In this document: positions 13,197 through 29,044 of the stretch, piece after piece | Position numbering within the stretch: position 1 is the first letter of the stretch | Layout: the number at the start of each line of letters is the position of its first letter | Assembly (NCBI GenBank): GCA_012295275.1 | Contig: CM022670.1 | Span: 24,118,001-24,182,000, forward strand | DNA: 64,000 nucleotides | Direction of reading: 5' to 3' | Source of the DNA: Chrysomallon squamiferum | Lineage: Eukaryota > Animalia > Mollusca | Translations under genes and position numbers: made by a program | Notes under the pieces: generated by a model | Told to the model about the DNA's origin: nothing | The model's database searches: none | Seen by the model: only the letters and a program-made list of their open reading frames with translations

Positions 13197-15132
13197 TCTG
13201 TTCTGAGACTGAGTTTGTATATTAAATAATACTTACTTTACTATAGAACTCCAGAAACATATTGCATGCATTACAGATATATCACAATTAATTATGAACT
13301 ACAATTTATCACTGTCACAATTAAATTAACAAAGCCTATATATTTCAGTTAATGATAGGCTTCAGTTCATCTGTACTGTGCTAAAAATCATTCATACTGA
13401 TAGCTGTCTCAAATATAAATTAGACTACCATGACTCTTTACAACATTATATTCCAATCAGCTTCTGGGTCCAGTAATACAATAAACAGTAATGTGAGTGA
13501 TTTCTCTGTAGCTATATTGATGTGTAAATTAATAACAGAACTGATAAAAGACAAAAATGTCGTTTTGTCATGAAATGTGTCATTTATTTTGGTCAACACC
13601 GAGGCAGAAATTAATCCAGTCTGTCTGGAAAGCATAAGATCAAGAAATTATTGTTGGAGAATATTACTTATTTGCAAACGTCCATCTCTTACTTTCTTTG
13701 TTTTTCTCCCTCTTCCTTTCTCTCTCAGTTTTCCTTTGTTTTCACTCAACCTCTCCCCCATTCAACCATTCATCCATATGGACATATGTTTCTTTCTCTG
13801 GATCTTTCTGTCCATATTTTTATTATGTATTCAAGCCTTTTTCTGACCATTCATCATCCTATATCAAATTTTTTCAATCAGATGTTTTCTTTCTTGCTTA
13901 CTCATTCTTATTCATTCAGTTTCACTCTGCAGACTCCTGTTTCCCCACTCAGTTACTGGTCTTTCACTGGTTTCCAGGACCAGCTTGTTGACTTCTATTC
14001 TGATATGTATTTTTAACCTGTTAATGATACTCCAGTTTATTCACTGATCCATTTCTGGTCATTTGTCTATCCAGCATTTTAAATCATACAAATATACTTT
14101 CATGTGCTTGATTTTCTTCATTACATTTCTTTATCTGTCAATATATCTCTATGTGCTTATTCAACTATCCATTGCATTCATCTACCCATATAGTCATCCA
14201 TCCATCCATCCATTCATCCATCCATCAGTCCATCCATACCTACATATATACATTTCTATATCACTGTTACTGGTATCCCTTGATTAATGTGATTAATTAA
14301 TCCATTTACATTCCTGCATGTACTGAAATCTCATCAATCCAAATATATTAATTAATGTCAAAAATTATCCTCAGTGGAAAGTTGACTCAAAACAAGTTTT
14401 CTAAAATGTACTTCATATACATATCTTTTAAGGAAAATAAAGAAAAAGGAAAATACTTCCATTATATTAAATTTATTTATTGTGTAGTAGTTTCAACAAT
14501 GTTTACGCACTTTTAAATAAAAATTCATGAAGAGTAATTTGAATAATTTAAAATTTGTTCTGCCTTCCTAGTGAGGTGAACTGGTAAATTCAAAAACATT
14601 TTAATAAACAAATTTGACCGTGCACATCAAGGGATGGTTGCAATTAATTTTATCACATTAATCAAGTATTGAGCACATTGAAACCATCTTAAAAAAGTAT
14701 ACCTCTGTCAGCTTGTTAAACTTGAGGAAGATGTGTACAAGATTTCTTTCTGCTGTTCATTAAGATCAGCTTCTGTTGTGCAGTGCTTAAATTGCTGGCC
14801 TTCAGATTGGTAGTTGTAAGAATCCTCTCCCTGCACTGGCTTTTAACCAAGGTGTGAGATTTTCTCTCTAACCTGCTAACATTAATTTTGTCATACATGT
14901 TTAATGGCTTATTTTAAGTCTTGTTTATTGACAGTATCAACATGATTTAACTAATTTACAGTTATCTGCCTGCAGCTTGATGTAGCAAATATTGGTTTCA
15001 CAAAAACATTATCATCTTTCAATCCTGTTAAATTGATTTTTTTTTTAATGTGTTTATATTCTTCTTTTTTTTTTTTTTTTTTTTAAAATGTCTTTTTTAT
15101 TAACTATAATGTCCTTTACATCACGTGTGCAT

Positions 15133-15133
<1 letters not shown>

Positions 15134-15177
<44 letters not shown>
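15134..15177. repeat. (CA)n microsatellite
   Basis: Directly visible. Confidence 0.97.
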
Positions 15178-15183
<6 letters not shown>

Positions 15184-18100
15184 ATATAGGTTGATGAAAA
15201 TTAGCCAGGTTATAATAACGTCGTTGTAGATTATTACTATAATGGTTCATTTTTCTCATTGTTGAATGTGTCCAGTTTCTGTTTTCTTCCACATAAATCA
15301 CCAGTTTCTCATCCACAGCAGAGATTCTCATGGGAAATTCAGTTAATGAGCTGTGAAAAGGTCCATGAAAAAAACCCAGAGAAAATTTTGTATTTCAGTA
15401 CAAGTTTTCTTTAAAAAGCATTTATATCTTCTATCTTGCCAACAGGGAAATATATCAGAATTTTGATTGTGTAGAACAGAATATTATCTGTAGTAATGGA
15501 TCAGATTCAAAATTAAATAAAACTAAATTAAATTTTGAAATATTTTGTTACATATTAAAACTGTTTTTCTGATACTGAATCACTTGATGCACAAGTAATG
15601 GCAAGAATCATATCAGAATATTGATTAAACCAGATAATATCTTTTTTTTTTTTTCTTTTTTCACTTCACTGGATTAGTAGTAGTAATGGATTTTTTTCTT
15701 AAATCTTCTTTTTGCTTCTTTTTAAAATGTTATGTATCAGATATTTGATTAGATGAGTATAATTTTCAGATATAGTCAAGTAAACACACTGAAATCAGCT
15801 TAAATAAGTTTACAGTTTCAAACTGTAAGCTGTCTTTCATGTTTTTACCACGTTCAGATTGCGATACGGGTTTTCACTTCATAAATAGATGTATGGATAT
15901 TTCCATATTATTGAAATCTTTGCACATCTATCTACAAGCCTCATGATTAAAAAAGTTCACTCAGTTTGAAGCATTCAGTGAAAATCACAATTAATGATAA
16001 AAAAAGATACTAAAGAAAACTTGTCAATATGTAGCAAGGATGAAAGAAATGGTTGTGCTGTTAGAAAATTAAATACAGATTTCACTTCGTTACTGTTTTT
16101 GTTGGGTTGTTTTTTTTTTCAAATAAACCTTGAAGTTATTTGTTTCTTTCTCTGAGTCTTTTACAGCCCCACAGAGCAAAATTATCATCAAACACTCAGA
16201 ATCAATTAATTTGGCGACCATCTTGGAAACCGTTTGGTTAAGCTGTAGAATTATTTCCTTATTAATCAATCTTTGAATGAGAAAATTGAAATTCTGCATC
16301 CACTGGAAAATAACTATTAAGTGCTGAAGAATTATTCGTAGTTCAAGTTTTCTTAAGCACTATGATTACTGTCTTTTATACAAAATTCAGCTTTTGTGGA
16401 AATGTTGTCTGATGAAATTAACCTGTGCTTCATTTACTCTCCTGTAGTTAGTAGTGTTTGTTCTATCACAACCCTTCATTTTCAGTTAATAATATGGACT
16501 GATACTTAATGAACAATAGCAACTAATTTTTATAATTTATTGGTTGTCAAATAATAAGTGGCATTTTAACTCACTTCATTAACATAATCTGAGGTTATTA
16601 GAATTTGTCAAAAGCAAATTTAATCATTTTGCTTTCTTTTTGTTTGTTTGGATCAATTAAATGATGAATTAAAAAAACTGTTTCATAGTTTGAAAATAAT
16701 TGCTAATAGCTTTAAAGGGAAAGAAATTACTAAGTTCTTTGTCTGTAGTTAATAGTCAGAATTAAAATCTCATCATGATGCCTACATGAGAAAAGACTTA
16801 AAACCAGAATGAGAATTAATACAGTATTTAAAATAGGTTTGAAAATTACATTTGAAAATGATATGCCAAAAATAATAATAATAAAAAAAATATAATAAAA
16901 ACAAAATAAATAAATAAAAAAATAAAATAAATAAATAAATAAATTAAATTAAATTAAACAAAATTAAATTAAACAAAAAGTAAATGAATAAAATAAATGA
17001 TAGTGAAAAAAAGAAGATGCTTACAGTGGTTTATGCTGTGTAATAACTGAAGGAAGCAACAAAACCAAATTTAATTTTCATTCACCATTTACAGTTTCCA
17101 TTAATTTCTCATAACTGTCAAGTGAATAGTTTGTTTTTTGCATTACTCTTTCTGTTTTCTCAGATTCCTGATGTCAGGAACCGTTTTTTTCATTCCTGGA
17201 AATTGTCAACGAAATCCCTTTCAGTGATTCAGTCAAAGATAAAACTGATTTGGTCTGTGTTATTGTTAACCTCATCTTCATGTTACGCATTCATCACTGA
17301 GGAATCAAAGAAATCAATTTTCTCAACTGTCATTTCATAGTTCAGACCGTATTTGAAGTCTAAAATTACATTTAGAAGTTTGGAAATCCTAAAATATGTG
17401 AACTTGATGTTTTTTTCTGATTTATATATATATACACATACACACATATACATATATACATATACATACATATATATATTTACATGTATTTGCATATCTA
17501 TGTCAAATTCACTTGTGCTGTGTCCATATTGTTTTTGTTATTTCCTTGGTTATCAAAATAATTAAGCATCTATGTTTCTTACAATTTGATGTATAGTCAT
17601 CCATCAGAATTACTGTAAAAGTTTGAATTTCTAAAATTTGAACTCACTGAAACTTGACTATTTGGCTAACCCCTTGATGTTTGACTGTACATTTACTTGG
17701 TTCAGTGACATCATTGAAAGAGAGAAAAAACTGACACTGATTTCAAGATGGACAGTTAATTAAGAAGTGTCCACTCTGAGAAAGATGTGCAAATGTTCTT
17801 ATCTGCTAATGGCTGTATCAGATGAAGTCATTGCTTAAGGTAATGCAGCTGGCATTTCATGTTACCATTGTCTGTTGATCTAGCTGCTTAAACCAACTTG
17901 TAGACTTTTTATAAGAAGATTAGTGGGAACAGTGTCCATTACAGTGATGTTTGCGCAGAACTGATTTTTCATTCTTCATTCTTCTTATTATTACTGCTGC
18001 TTATTACTGTTTTAAGCTGTGTTTCAATGAAATTTAAATTAAACAATGTTTACTGAAAATGTATTGATCTCCTGTAAATTTATCAGATTTCAAATTTTAT

Positions 18101-21100
18101 TTGTGTTGTAATGGAATAGGTGTTCTTCAACTTCGATATGATCAGTTCTGACACCATGAAGTGCTCATAAAAAAACTAAAAAAAGCTTGATACAAATTTT
18201 TTACTACTTTGTATTATTTAAATACATTTTCATTTCAAGATCTGCATCTGAACTGTAATAATCCAATGTTAACATTTTGTTTCTCTAAGATAATTCTTAA
18301 ACAAAAATCTTTTAACTTTACTCTTCCACATTCAGTAATGATTTCCTTGGAAGTACAGATAATGCCAATAGCAAAATCACAAATTATTACTGTGGCCGAA
18401 AAAAAAGCCTACTAAACAATCCCAGCTGTGTTAATTCACGAAGTAAACACTCGGAGAATGTCAAAAGATGTCCTGCAGGGACTGGCCATTATGCAGCCTT
18501 GTCAAGCTTCACTAATTGGACGATCACACCAGAGATTTAGATAAACTCTACAGAGGTAGTAAGAAATACCAATATGCTCTGTCTGCTTTGTTTCAGTAAT
18601 TGCATTTGGGAATTGCTGGCATTTTGGGAATTTTTGAAATTAAAGCCATTGTAATTTATATTATTAATGAATATTGTGCAGAGAAATCTTTTTTTTTTTT
18701 TTCTCTATCATGCATATTTTTGTGTGTGTACATGTATGTGCATTTTTGCGCTTATGTACATGATTGAAATAATTAAATAATTGTTTTTACAAAAAGGATT
18801 TATTAAGTGTTTTTACAAAATGTCTGTTAACTGAAATAAAGTTAATGTCAAGTTAATGATATCAGGTACTTTTTTTTAACTGGCAGACCTTAAAAAAAAA
18901 AGACATTAAAAAAATCTTTCCTAAGATTCTATTTAGTGTAGCATCACGATCCTATCAGGATTTTAATTTGTTGTCCTCGAGTCAGTTTAATAATTCTGAA
19001 ATCAATAAAAGCATGTCCTCTAAAAAATAGCTGACACTTACTTTAATTCTATGAGTTTTCTGTAGTTAGCACTTGTCATTCTGATTTACAGTGTAATGAT
19101 CATTCAACAGTTTATTAGCATCAGATTACGTTTTTGTGGGCCACGCATGAGTTATGACAGCATATACCAGAAAAGGTAATAGATCAAAAGAGCACTGGTT
19201 GTAACTGATCAGTTTCTGATTTCTGATGATTATATGGTTATGTTATATGTTATAATATTACATTAATATTTCTGAGGGAATGACTGAAACGTGACAGTTT
19301 GACAAATATATCAATAGTCTTCCAGTTCCATCATCAAAAGTGATATGGATTTCCTATATTAATCGAGTTTGACAAGATTGTTTTTCCATTTTATTTTATT
19401 AATTACATGGAGCACCCATCATCCACAGTGGGAAGATGGAATTAATGGACTTGCAGGCTTTGACTGAAGCAAATGCCTGTCAATATTATTCTGTTCTGGG
19501 CAAACTCTACAAGATGTTCAACATGCAGGAATTCTACAGGAATGTAGGACATAAGGCCCCCCCCCCCCACACACCAACTAGTTTGTGATGGTTAAGATGC
19601 ACATTCCATCAGACTCTAAATGGTCTACTAGTTTCACAGTGTCCCTGTCTGAATTAACCTGATGATCGTTTATATGCATGGATAATTATTACTCATGAAA
19701 CAAGATGCTTGTGGGGAGAAAGTCTGGCAAGTGATTTTTTTTTTTTTAAGACAAGAAGTTTATTTCTCTGAACACTGCACCATGTGCTGTATTGAGAACA
19801 CACACACAAACAAAATATAATTTAAACAGTATTTTCTGTAGTCTTACAAAACATAGTAATGATTATTTAACATGGAAGATTGACTCTCTCAGTGACAATT
19901 TGTAAAAATTGGGAAAGTCTATAAAAAAGTGAATTTTGTTTTGTTGCAGAAAATAAATGTTGAAATGTTTTTGCATTTGGTCTAAGTATATAATAATATG
20001 TTTTGTTTTTTATCAGAATTATCAGAATTACATAAATGACATATTCTGTCTTCTTTTTCAATATTGATGTCATCAACAAATGGATTGCCAATCAAAGCTT
20101 TTGTCCTCACAGGAATAGATGTGCCCAGGCTGCATTTTAATAAGTTTCTTTAAATTGTGTTCATGCAGTTTGTTTACAAGATCAAGATCTTTGTTACCAG
20201 TATTCTTCTTTAACAAGTCATAAACATTGTACTTGTTAAACTTCAGAGATAACCTATTTGAATTTTATTTGTGGTGTATGTGTACATGTGCATCTGTTTC
20301 TGTGAATATTTAAAAAAAAAATGTAATGGCTTTTTGTCTGTCACGAATGAGGATAATATTTTACGTATTAGCTTTCTGAAACTAAAATGAAAAATTATTT
20401 AAAAAAAAAAAAAAAAACAAAAATATAGAATTAAACCAAAAAATAAAAAGAATTAAAAAGAGAAAATAATTATAGAGTGAAGAAGTGCTACCATAGACTA
20501 GCCATATTGTATTATGTTTTTGTTACAATAGGGATTATAGCAACAAATATTTGTTTAAACTTTTTTTTAAGCCACTATGTTATAACAAGGAATTTTATAT
20601 AAATAATTTATTAAATGTTATTTTAAATGTAATGTAAGATCTCTTAAAAATTTTTAAAGGGCTTAAAAAGAAAATAAATATATTAAAGGAATACTGTCTT
20701 GTGTATTTTCAAAGCAGATGTTGAAAAGGTTAAATAAAATAAATATAATACAAAATAAAAATAAATAACATTTTTAAACATTTAAAAAGCAATGTAAATA
20801 ATGGTAAAGAATGTTAGTGAAATAAAGGTAATATCAAGTATTAGCTGACCCTTAGACAAATAATTAATTTTAAAGAACATTAAAAACGCTTAATGAAATA
20901 TTAAATACATTAATCTAATCTACAGTTATGTTGAACAACAAACAAACAACATATAAATGGTAAGATTATTTAACAGATATTTTATTCTTATGTTTCTCTA
21001 TCACTGCTTGCTGCCAGCGGCCTCCATGATAGGTTTGTAAACTGTAATCTTTACTGCACCTGTAATTTTGTTCAGTCATTTATCATGTCTGTCTCAGTTA

Positions 21101-22481
21101 ATTTGTTTATAGGTTTAGATCAACTGTGTTTATAGTTTGCCTCTAATCACAGCAATAAAACAATGAATTTTTACAGCTGTCATACTGTTTATCACAAGAT
21201 TTCCTTCCATGTGACAGCTAATGATAGGCAGCCATTTTTGTAGCAGACTTTCACACACACAAAGTTTATATCATTTATTGAATTACATAAGAAGGAGATT
21301 TGTTTTTTTGTCATTAAATTTTTTTTAGTGAGGCTCCAAAAAACCCCAAAAATGCATATTAATGATCTTTACACCAGTTTCTTTGTGGTTGAAAGTGATG
21401 TAACTGGAAAAGTTGGCAGCATTATTTTTAACGCTACTTGTATTATGATTTATTTGTTGAATCTTTTGTAAAACTATACAGAGCAGATGTAGAATTAAAG
21501 TAAAATTATTTAGTTTTTTTAAAAAAATCCAAAAAAAAGACACATCCCCAAAAAAAAAAAAAAGAAAAAAAGAAAAAAACCCAACCCCAAATAAATAAAA
21601 AACAAACAAGAAAAAGAACATTAAAACCTCACTATAGGTTAAAAGAGCAGTTATTTCACCCATCACACCCCCTTGTGTGATCCCTCCCTATATAAATAAA
21701 TAAATTTACAAATTTCAAACATAAATATATAAAGCACATCATACAAATACTACGCCATGCATATACAATAAATAACACAAATCTGCATACACATACTCAT
21801 CATGCACAAACATGGACGACACACAGTAAAGGCTACATTCATGCAGTGTAATGGATGTTTTTATCATATACCTGTTTGTTAATTTTACATGTAGTACCTC
21901 AGTAAGTGTTATTAACTGGCTGAAACAAACAATCTAAATTACAAACACACAGTGTCAGAAAACAAGCTCTTTTCAAACTGTCTGAATGTGAAGCCTGTTA
22001 TCTGATGTGAAAATAAAGTATGCTTGTACAAGCACATAACTGCTACACACGGTGTTTTGTCTGTGTTGTGGTTGTGTATACCTGTTGGATGATTCCACGG
22101 TGCTGGAATGTCTGTCACTTAATCTGTTGATGGGTGGTGGATATGAGGAGATCAATACATGTCTTTCTGATGATCGCTGTTATCTGTGATCACTCCTCTG
22201 ACATGATCAATACAATCACATCGGTTCAGGACACAGTCCTGCAGTGAAACATTTTGGGACATTGATCTGAGAGTCTGTTTATTGTTGTTTCTGGCGTCTG
22301 CCATCTAATCATTACAGTACAAGCTGTTACTGCAAAACTGTCTTGTCATCTTAATGCACATCTTAAATTTTTTTTTTTTTTATTATTATTTTTTTTATTG
22401 TCTTCTTTCTTTTTCTTTAATGTTTTTTATATTTTTTTTTTTTTTTATTCTCAATTTCCTGTCTTCTTTGTGTTTTTTTAG

Positions 22482-22518
<37 letters not shown>

Positions 22519-25129
22519 AATATTGGACATTTTGGTTTAAACTTGGTAAAAATAGTTAAAGTTTAAATATTTTGTGGACATCCTAAATTTCTATTCTGGT
22601 ATCACTGAAATTTCCAGCTTTACTCCATTTTGTTTACCCCTTTTAGCCTAAACTTTATCTATACTTTTTTGTTTTTTCCTTTTGCCTTTCTATTATATTT
22701 TTATTTTATCCTGCTCTACATCAGATCTTTATTTTATTTTTACTGTAAATTGAATTTTAACTTACGTTTTTTTCATTTTATTATTTTTCCTGTTCAAGTA
22801 ACATTATTTTACATTGTGAAAAATTTTAAATTAAAATTTTTCTATTTTTTTCTTACAACAAAAGAGAAACATGAGCTCCTGCATAATTAAATGAAGCTAT
22901 TTGTGAAATAATGGGATCAAGGTGGATGGTTTATAGATAGCCCACGTTTAAATATTGACTGTTTCAAATTATAATTACACGTGAAACACTGAACAGCAGA
23001 AGTGCTCACAGCAGCTGACTTTACAACAGTGCCGTGACATTCTTTTATTCTGGAACTCCTATTTGTTAAACTTTGGAGAATACATCTTTTAATTTTATTT
23101 GTGCTGTAAGTGTACATCTGTATGATTCAGTATGTGCTTATGTTTATACGTGTGTCTGTTTCTGTGAATATATATTTTTAAATGTAATGTGATTTTGAAA
23201 ATCAAATTTTGATTTTGGTCTTGAAAATATTTAGAAAGCTTCAAAACATGGGTTTTGAGATATGAGGTATTAAAGTTCATTTGATTATTTTTGTCCCAAC
23301 TGATATATATCTAGATAAGAAATGGCATAATAGAAGATAACCCGTCTTCTGAAAAATAAAATAATTTTATTATTTACTATTTTAATTAAAATCATGATCA
23401 TTGCCACCATTATTTTTGCAATCAGAACAGTAATGATCTGCACAGTATTACCATCTTACAACCCTTTCCTCTATTATTACCATGATGGCCTTTATAACCA
23501 AACAAAAAATATGCTGATAGATTTTTCATTTTAAGAAAAAGAACATTATGATCTTTGATATTTATGTCAGCATGGAGAAACTTTATTTATTTAATTATAA
23601 ATCTGTGATTATTATGGAAAGGAACCAAAAATAACTTTTGTCCACTGGGAGGTTTATTTTAATACAAATCAGCAAATGTGGATGGTTTAAGGCTGTGAAG
23701 GTTGAGTCAGGCAGAAATAAAAATAAAAATTTAGTACCATAAATCACCAAAACCAGATTTATCATTTTAAATAAAGCTGGATTTAAATAATGTTGGTTTC
23801 CCAACCTCTGACAAAAAAATATTTATTTTTTGGATTGTTGTTTTTTCATTTATTCCACGCCTGTTTATTTACTGTTAATATAATTTCATCAAAGAAAACT
23901 GTCCAAGAGCTATTAGCTATTTCTGATTAATGTTTTTTTAAAGATATGTTTTAAACAGTTTTATCCATGCATTTGATTATTATTCTACACTTTAAGCCAT
24001 AGGTTATAATGTTATAACGTTCCACCATTTATCAGTTCTTGACAACAAAAAAACCCTAATATCTTAAATAATAAATTTAATACTATTATTGATTCATGTT
24101 AATGATATAAAGGTTCTCACAACATGACATTTGTTTCAATTCATAATACCATTTACAGAATACCATTTACATATACCTTCTACCAGAGCTGTAAAGAAAA
24201 GGGGCCATTGTTTAATGAAACACTTCTAAGAAAAAGTATTATATATCAAAGACAATATGTATAATGACAATATGAGGAAATATATGTCACTGTGTGAGCT
24301 ACACACATTTATTAGCAAGAGGTTATATTTTATATGAACCTTGTCATAGATCAAAATTAATAAATTACAACTTCAATTAATCAGACTACTGATATAAATA
24401 GAAATATATTTGATCAGGCTTCTTTCTTTAAAGCTTGTTCTGAAATGTTACTTTGCCAAGATTTGATTACTTTCCTAACAAAACTGCAATACCCTTCAGT
24501 TTGTTAGTAGATCTAAAGACATTTAAATTAATTAAGATGAAAAAGCTTTTATCTTGTTTTTTTGTTTTTTTAAATGAAAAAACCTGGTGGACAGTGTCTA
24601 ACAGAAGCCAGTTCCCTAAATTTGACACAAAATGAATTTTCTTTAAATATGCTTTGCTATACTGTATGATTCTGTATTGTTGTTTTCTCTCACTTTTTTT
24701 TCTTTCCCCTATTTTTTTATTTTTAAAAAGGCCTTTGACTAGCTATGCAATTTTATTTCTTACTAGACAGATTTGACAGGTGATCCACAGATGTGCTTCT
24801 GGAGGTTTTGATGTATATTAAAATAAACTAAAATTTGTTTTCATTAACTTTTTATAATGATTGTCTACCTTTATTATGATTACATTATTAATATTTTAAT
24901 ATAAATGAGGAAAATAATTTTCAAACAACATATATTGCTATTTTTTTTTCATCAGAATTCATGTTTATCTTCAGCTATTATATTATGTTATAGTAATAGT
25001 AGTAGTTAGTGGAAGTAACAGTAGCAGTAGTAGTGGTAGTAGTAGAAATAGTAGTAAACTTATTAACAGACCTTTCATAAACATATATTTATTTATACAT
25101 ACACATACATCTTCTTTCATTTGATAATT

Positions 25130-25760
25130 TACACCAGTAATTCAGTCTCTGGAATAAAATAAACTCTTTTCCAGTTCACCTATGACTTTCTATAGTTTGT
25201 TATGTAGGAGAGTCTTGATTGGCCACTTAGTATTTCTTAAATTTTGATGCATTGTGCACCTCTATAAAATAAGCTGTTTGGTCTTCCTAACTATAGCTAT
25301 AAGCTGATGATGCTGCTTGTCTGAATGTTTTGAGCATGTGAACATTCAGACTGTTGTGCCTTGGCTGTTACTTGTTACAAATGGTGATACTCATCTCATA
25401 TCATCCAGGTCCTGTTGACTGCCTTGATCAAAGTTTTCTTCTCTGTTGTTGTTACTGGGCTGTACTTCTTCAGCTCCTAGCTGGGCAAACCTCTCAGCTT
25501 CCTCATTTTCTGGAATCTGACACTGCAATAGAGCTGCTTGACTTTCCTTTGCTACTTCTAAGAAGTCTTTCATCAGACGAGCTTGCAGGACTGAGCAGAC
25601 ATCAGAGCAGAAGATGACTTGCAGACAACCTTCTTTTGCACTCTCTATCAAGGTGGGGACCTGTATTAAGGCATGGGTCTCTACACTGTAATTGGAATGG
25701 TGCATTATGTCTGACATAGTTAGGTAGATGGCAAAGAGCTTGTCCCTGACTCATCCTGGT
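25130..25760 (-). mobile_element. Decayed 3' end of an RNase H-bearing non-LTR retrotransposon ORF2 (I/Ingi-type architecture: RNase H then CCHC knuckle)
   Basis: Minus-strand translation across frames gives SNYSVETHALIQ..VIFCSDVCSVLQA..LLQ..IPENEEAERFAQLGA (RNase H motifs NY.AE..AL, D..SVLQA, GNE.AD.LA..GA), then HNSLNVHM..EDQTA..RCTMHQNLRNTKWPIKTLLHNKL*..ELEK (eroded zinc-knuckle tail), with stops and frameshifts. Boundaries approximate. Confidence 0.8.
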
Positions 25761-28700
25761 GGGTGTGTTCAGTAGGTGAGCATCATTTCTATTACTTCTG
25801 CCTATTGGCGTATTGATTTTGTGATTTTTACTGAGGTTTTTTTTTTTAAAAATGTATAGTACCAATGGCCCAATACCTCTGTCTTCAGCTTTCTAGGTTT
25901 TTTAACTGGGCTAACTCAACCAATATCCAAATAAAAAGTAATTGGGTTTAAAAATAAGATAGTTCAAAGATTTAAAAAAAAAAATGTAATAAATACTCTC
26001 ATTAAATTGTAACCAAAACAAAAATAAACCTATTTAAATAGAGTCAGTAAGTTATCAATACAGAATTGGTTTTAAAAAGTCTTTTACACAATCTAAAAAA
26101 AATTAAAAATAAATAAAAATTAAAACACATACAAACTAAATAAAATTATTGTTTAATTTTGGAACAGATGTGTTGGAAATGTTTTAATTTTGGTAACTTT
26201 TTCTTTTCTTTTCTTTTCATTTTTTTTCAAAATTAAATATATTTAAGGTCAAATATTGTCATTCAAATTATAAAAAAAAACATTTATTCTGTGTCTTGAT
26301 TAAAAACAAGAAGGAAATAATGCAAATAAAAAATCAACAGGAAGGAAAAGCAAATGATTATTTTGACAAATAATACATTAACAGTAATATCAAATTTCTT
26401 CACAAGTTTCCTCTGCCACAGAAAACCAGTGTTGTATGACTAATGGCAGGTTTCAGTTACAAATTGTCAGTATCCTGTATCCAGGTGATATCCCTTTCAG
26501 CTTTGTATTGTAAGGGAGACAACTCGCACGTCCATTCTCTCAGTCTGATGGTTAACGACAATGGTCTATTGTGATAAAACTGTGAAAGAATTCTGTTGAG
26601 TTTATTTCTAGTATTTTAGTGTGACTAATTTACTACTGTTATTAACACAAGTAATGACTTGATTGTGGACAATTGTTTATTTCTGGAGCATTAATTGAAT
26701 GAGCTGTACATAGCAAACTGAATTGTAATAACTAAGCAAACAAACAAATGAATGAATAAATAAATAAATAAATAAAGAAATAATACTTAAAAAAGAAAAA
26801 ACCATGCCTAATTATAACATCTGTTATATCTGAGTTGGATTAAATTGTTACACTGAAATATTAGTATTCAAAATATATTAAAAAAAAAAAATTTGTATTA
26901 GAACTAAATTCAGTTTTAAATATCATTTTCACAATTATAATATATACTCAGAAGACATGCAGAAAAAAAAACACCCAACTAATAAATAAAATAATAATAT
27001 TAAAATAAATAAATAAATAAATAAATAAAAGACAATAACAAAAGAACTGAAAAGTGTTATTTTTATTATATCTCCTAAGATCTTCAGGTAATGTTTCAAA
27101 TTTTAAATAAACATTTTACATGTAAGTTATTTTTAAGTATGCTAGAAATAAAAATATTATGAACCAAAATAAATTTTTATCACCATGCATCAAAAAGTCA
27201 AAACAACACAGTAAAGTAAAATGAACCTGATTAAAATCTTTAGAAGCATTTAATAAATAATGAACAAGAAATCATGCAAGAAACTGACATTTTGTTATCA
27301 GATAGGTACAACAAACTAAAAAGAAAAACCGACACAGGAAATCGTTGCATGTTTGGGCCTGTTTTAGTTGGCGTATTTTATCAGTGTATTTTGTCAACGA
27401 ACTACTGACTTTCTGAATGCTGCTATTCAAACCTCGTAATGATATATTTATTTATTTTATTCTCATTTTGGTTGGCAGCCAGGGGAGGTAATTCTAGCAG
27501 GTTTATCAATCAGATTTACTGGTGCATGGAACACTTCTGTAATAGCCATTTACAAGAAAGAAATCAGACATGGGTCTAGAACAAAACAAAAAAAGGAACA
27601 ACAGCAACAATAATAATAACGAACCTCAAAAATAAAAAATAAACAAATAAATAAGCAGATACCACAAAAATGTAAAAATTAAACAAATAGTTAAGTAAAA
27701 TAACATCCTATGTTTCTTAAACCACTTACAAATTTACTATCATAAGAAAGTTTCTTTTTATTTTCACCAAAATTATAACTTCATTTAGTAAAGAGACACA
27801 CACATATTGAAGAAATAAATAAATAATAATAAATGAAAATCTATTAAAAAAAAAAATAATAAAATAAAAAAAAAAATAATAAAATTAATGCATTTTTTTT
27901 TTTTATATATATCTTGAATGTTTTCACAGGACTCAAAAATGAAAAAACACCACACACAAACACACTCACACATACATACATACACACACACCTGTATGTA
28001 TGTATGTGTGTGCATGTGTGGTGTTTTTTTCACATGTCTGTCTGTCTGTGTGTGTGTTTATATGTATAAAATCATAGAATGATAAAATACAATACACTTA
28101 GATCTTCAGCAGATTATAGTCACAACAACAAAAACAAAAATAATAATTTACTTTAAAAAAAATTAACTGCTTATAACAACTTTTAAGAAGTATAAGGGAG
28201 ATAATCACTTGGATAAACTATAATAGGTTGGACAGCAAAGAGTATTTATTCTATCAAGGCTTTTTTATTTTTATTTAAATGCTGTTGTTGTTGGCTGTAA
28301 TGGTATTATTGGTAATTATAGTGTTGTTGTTGTTGTTGTTGTTGTTGTTTTTTGATAGTGACAGTGTTGTGGTTGTTGAAAATACCAAAGTGCCTGTAAT
28401 CTCATGATCAGCAAAGATCTTGTTTAACTGCAAACCAGCGCTCAGGGACATATCACTGGCCAGCTTTTAATCTGTTTAAATCCTAACAAGTAAATCCTGA
28501 TTATATCTTGGGCAGACAGATAACAACAGCAGTCTTATTCTTACTTGGATATTCAGTAGCCAATTTTGTCCAATTAGTTGCGACATCATGGTTAATGTGT
28601 TTGTTTGCCAGCGTCGACCGAAATTATAATTAATTTACCTACGAATTGACACAAAGATTAAATTATTGTTTCATGTATGAAATTTTCAAAATAGAACTAA

Positions 28701-28941
28701 TGGTGGGTTTATCTTATTACTTGTAATACTAACCTTTTCATTTCTTAATTCTCATTTTGGTCTCCCATTATAGATCTAGGCTAAGAGTTATTATCATTAA
28801 TGTACATCAAAGTCAGTGGTTAAAACTCTTGCTTAGCTGGCCTCATTTGGAACCTTTCTTAAAATAATTTCATAAAGAAAGAGCTAGAAAGAAAGACATG
28901 AAGAGACAAAAAGAGAATGAGAAGCAGATTGAGAAAGAAAT

Positions 28942-29044
<103 letters not shown>

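Noticed and set aside
19096-19175. Short ORF (..MSYDSIYQK) ending in a phase-2 AAG|GTAATA donor
   Set aside because: Phase-compatible but has no motif, homology or other support; such matches are expected by chance in 39 kb.
21851-21907. ORF starting MDVF (like the recalled human FRMPD4 start) followed by GTAAGT
   Set aside because: The donor falls in phase 0, incompatible with the phase-2 acceptor at 39396, and similarity stops after four residues.
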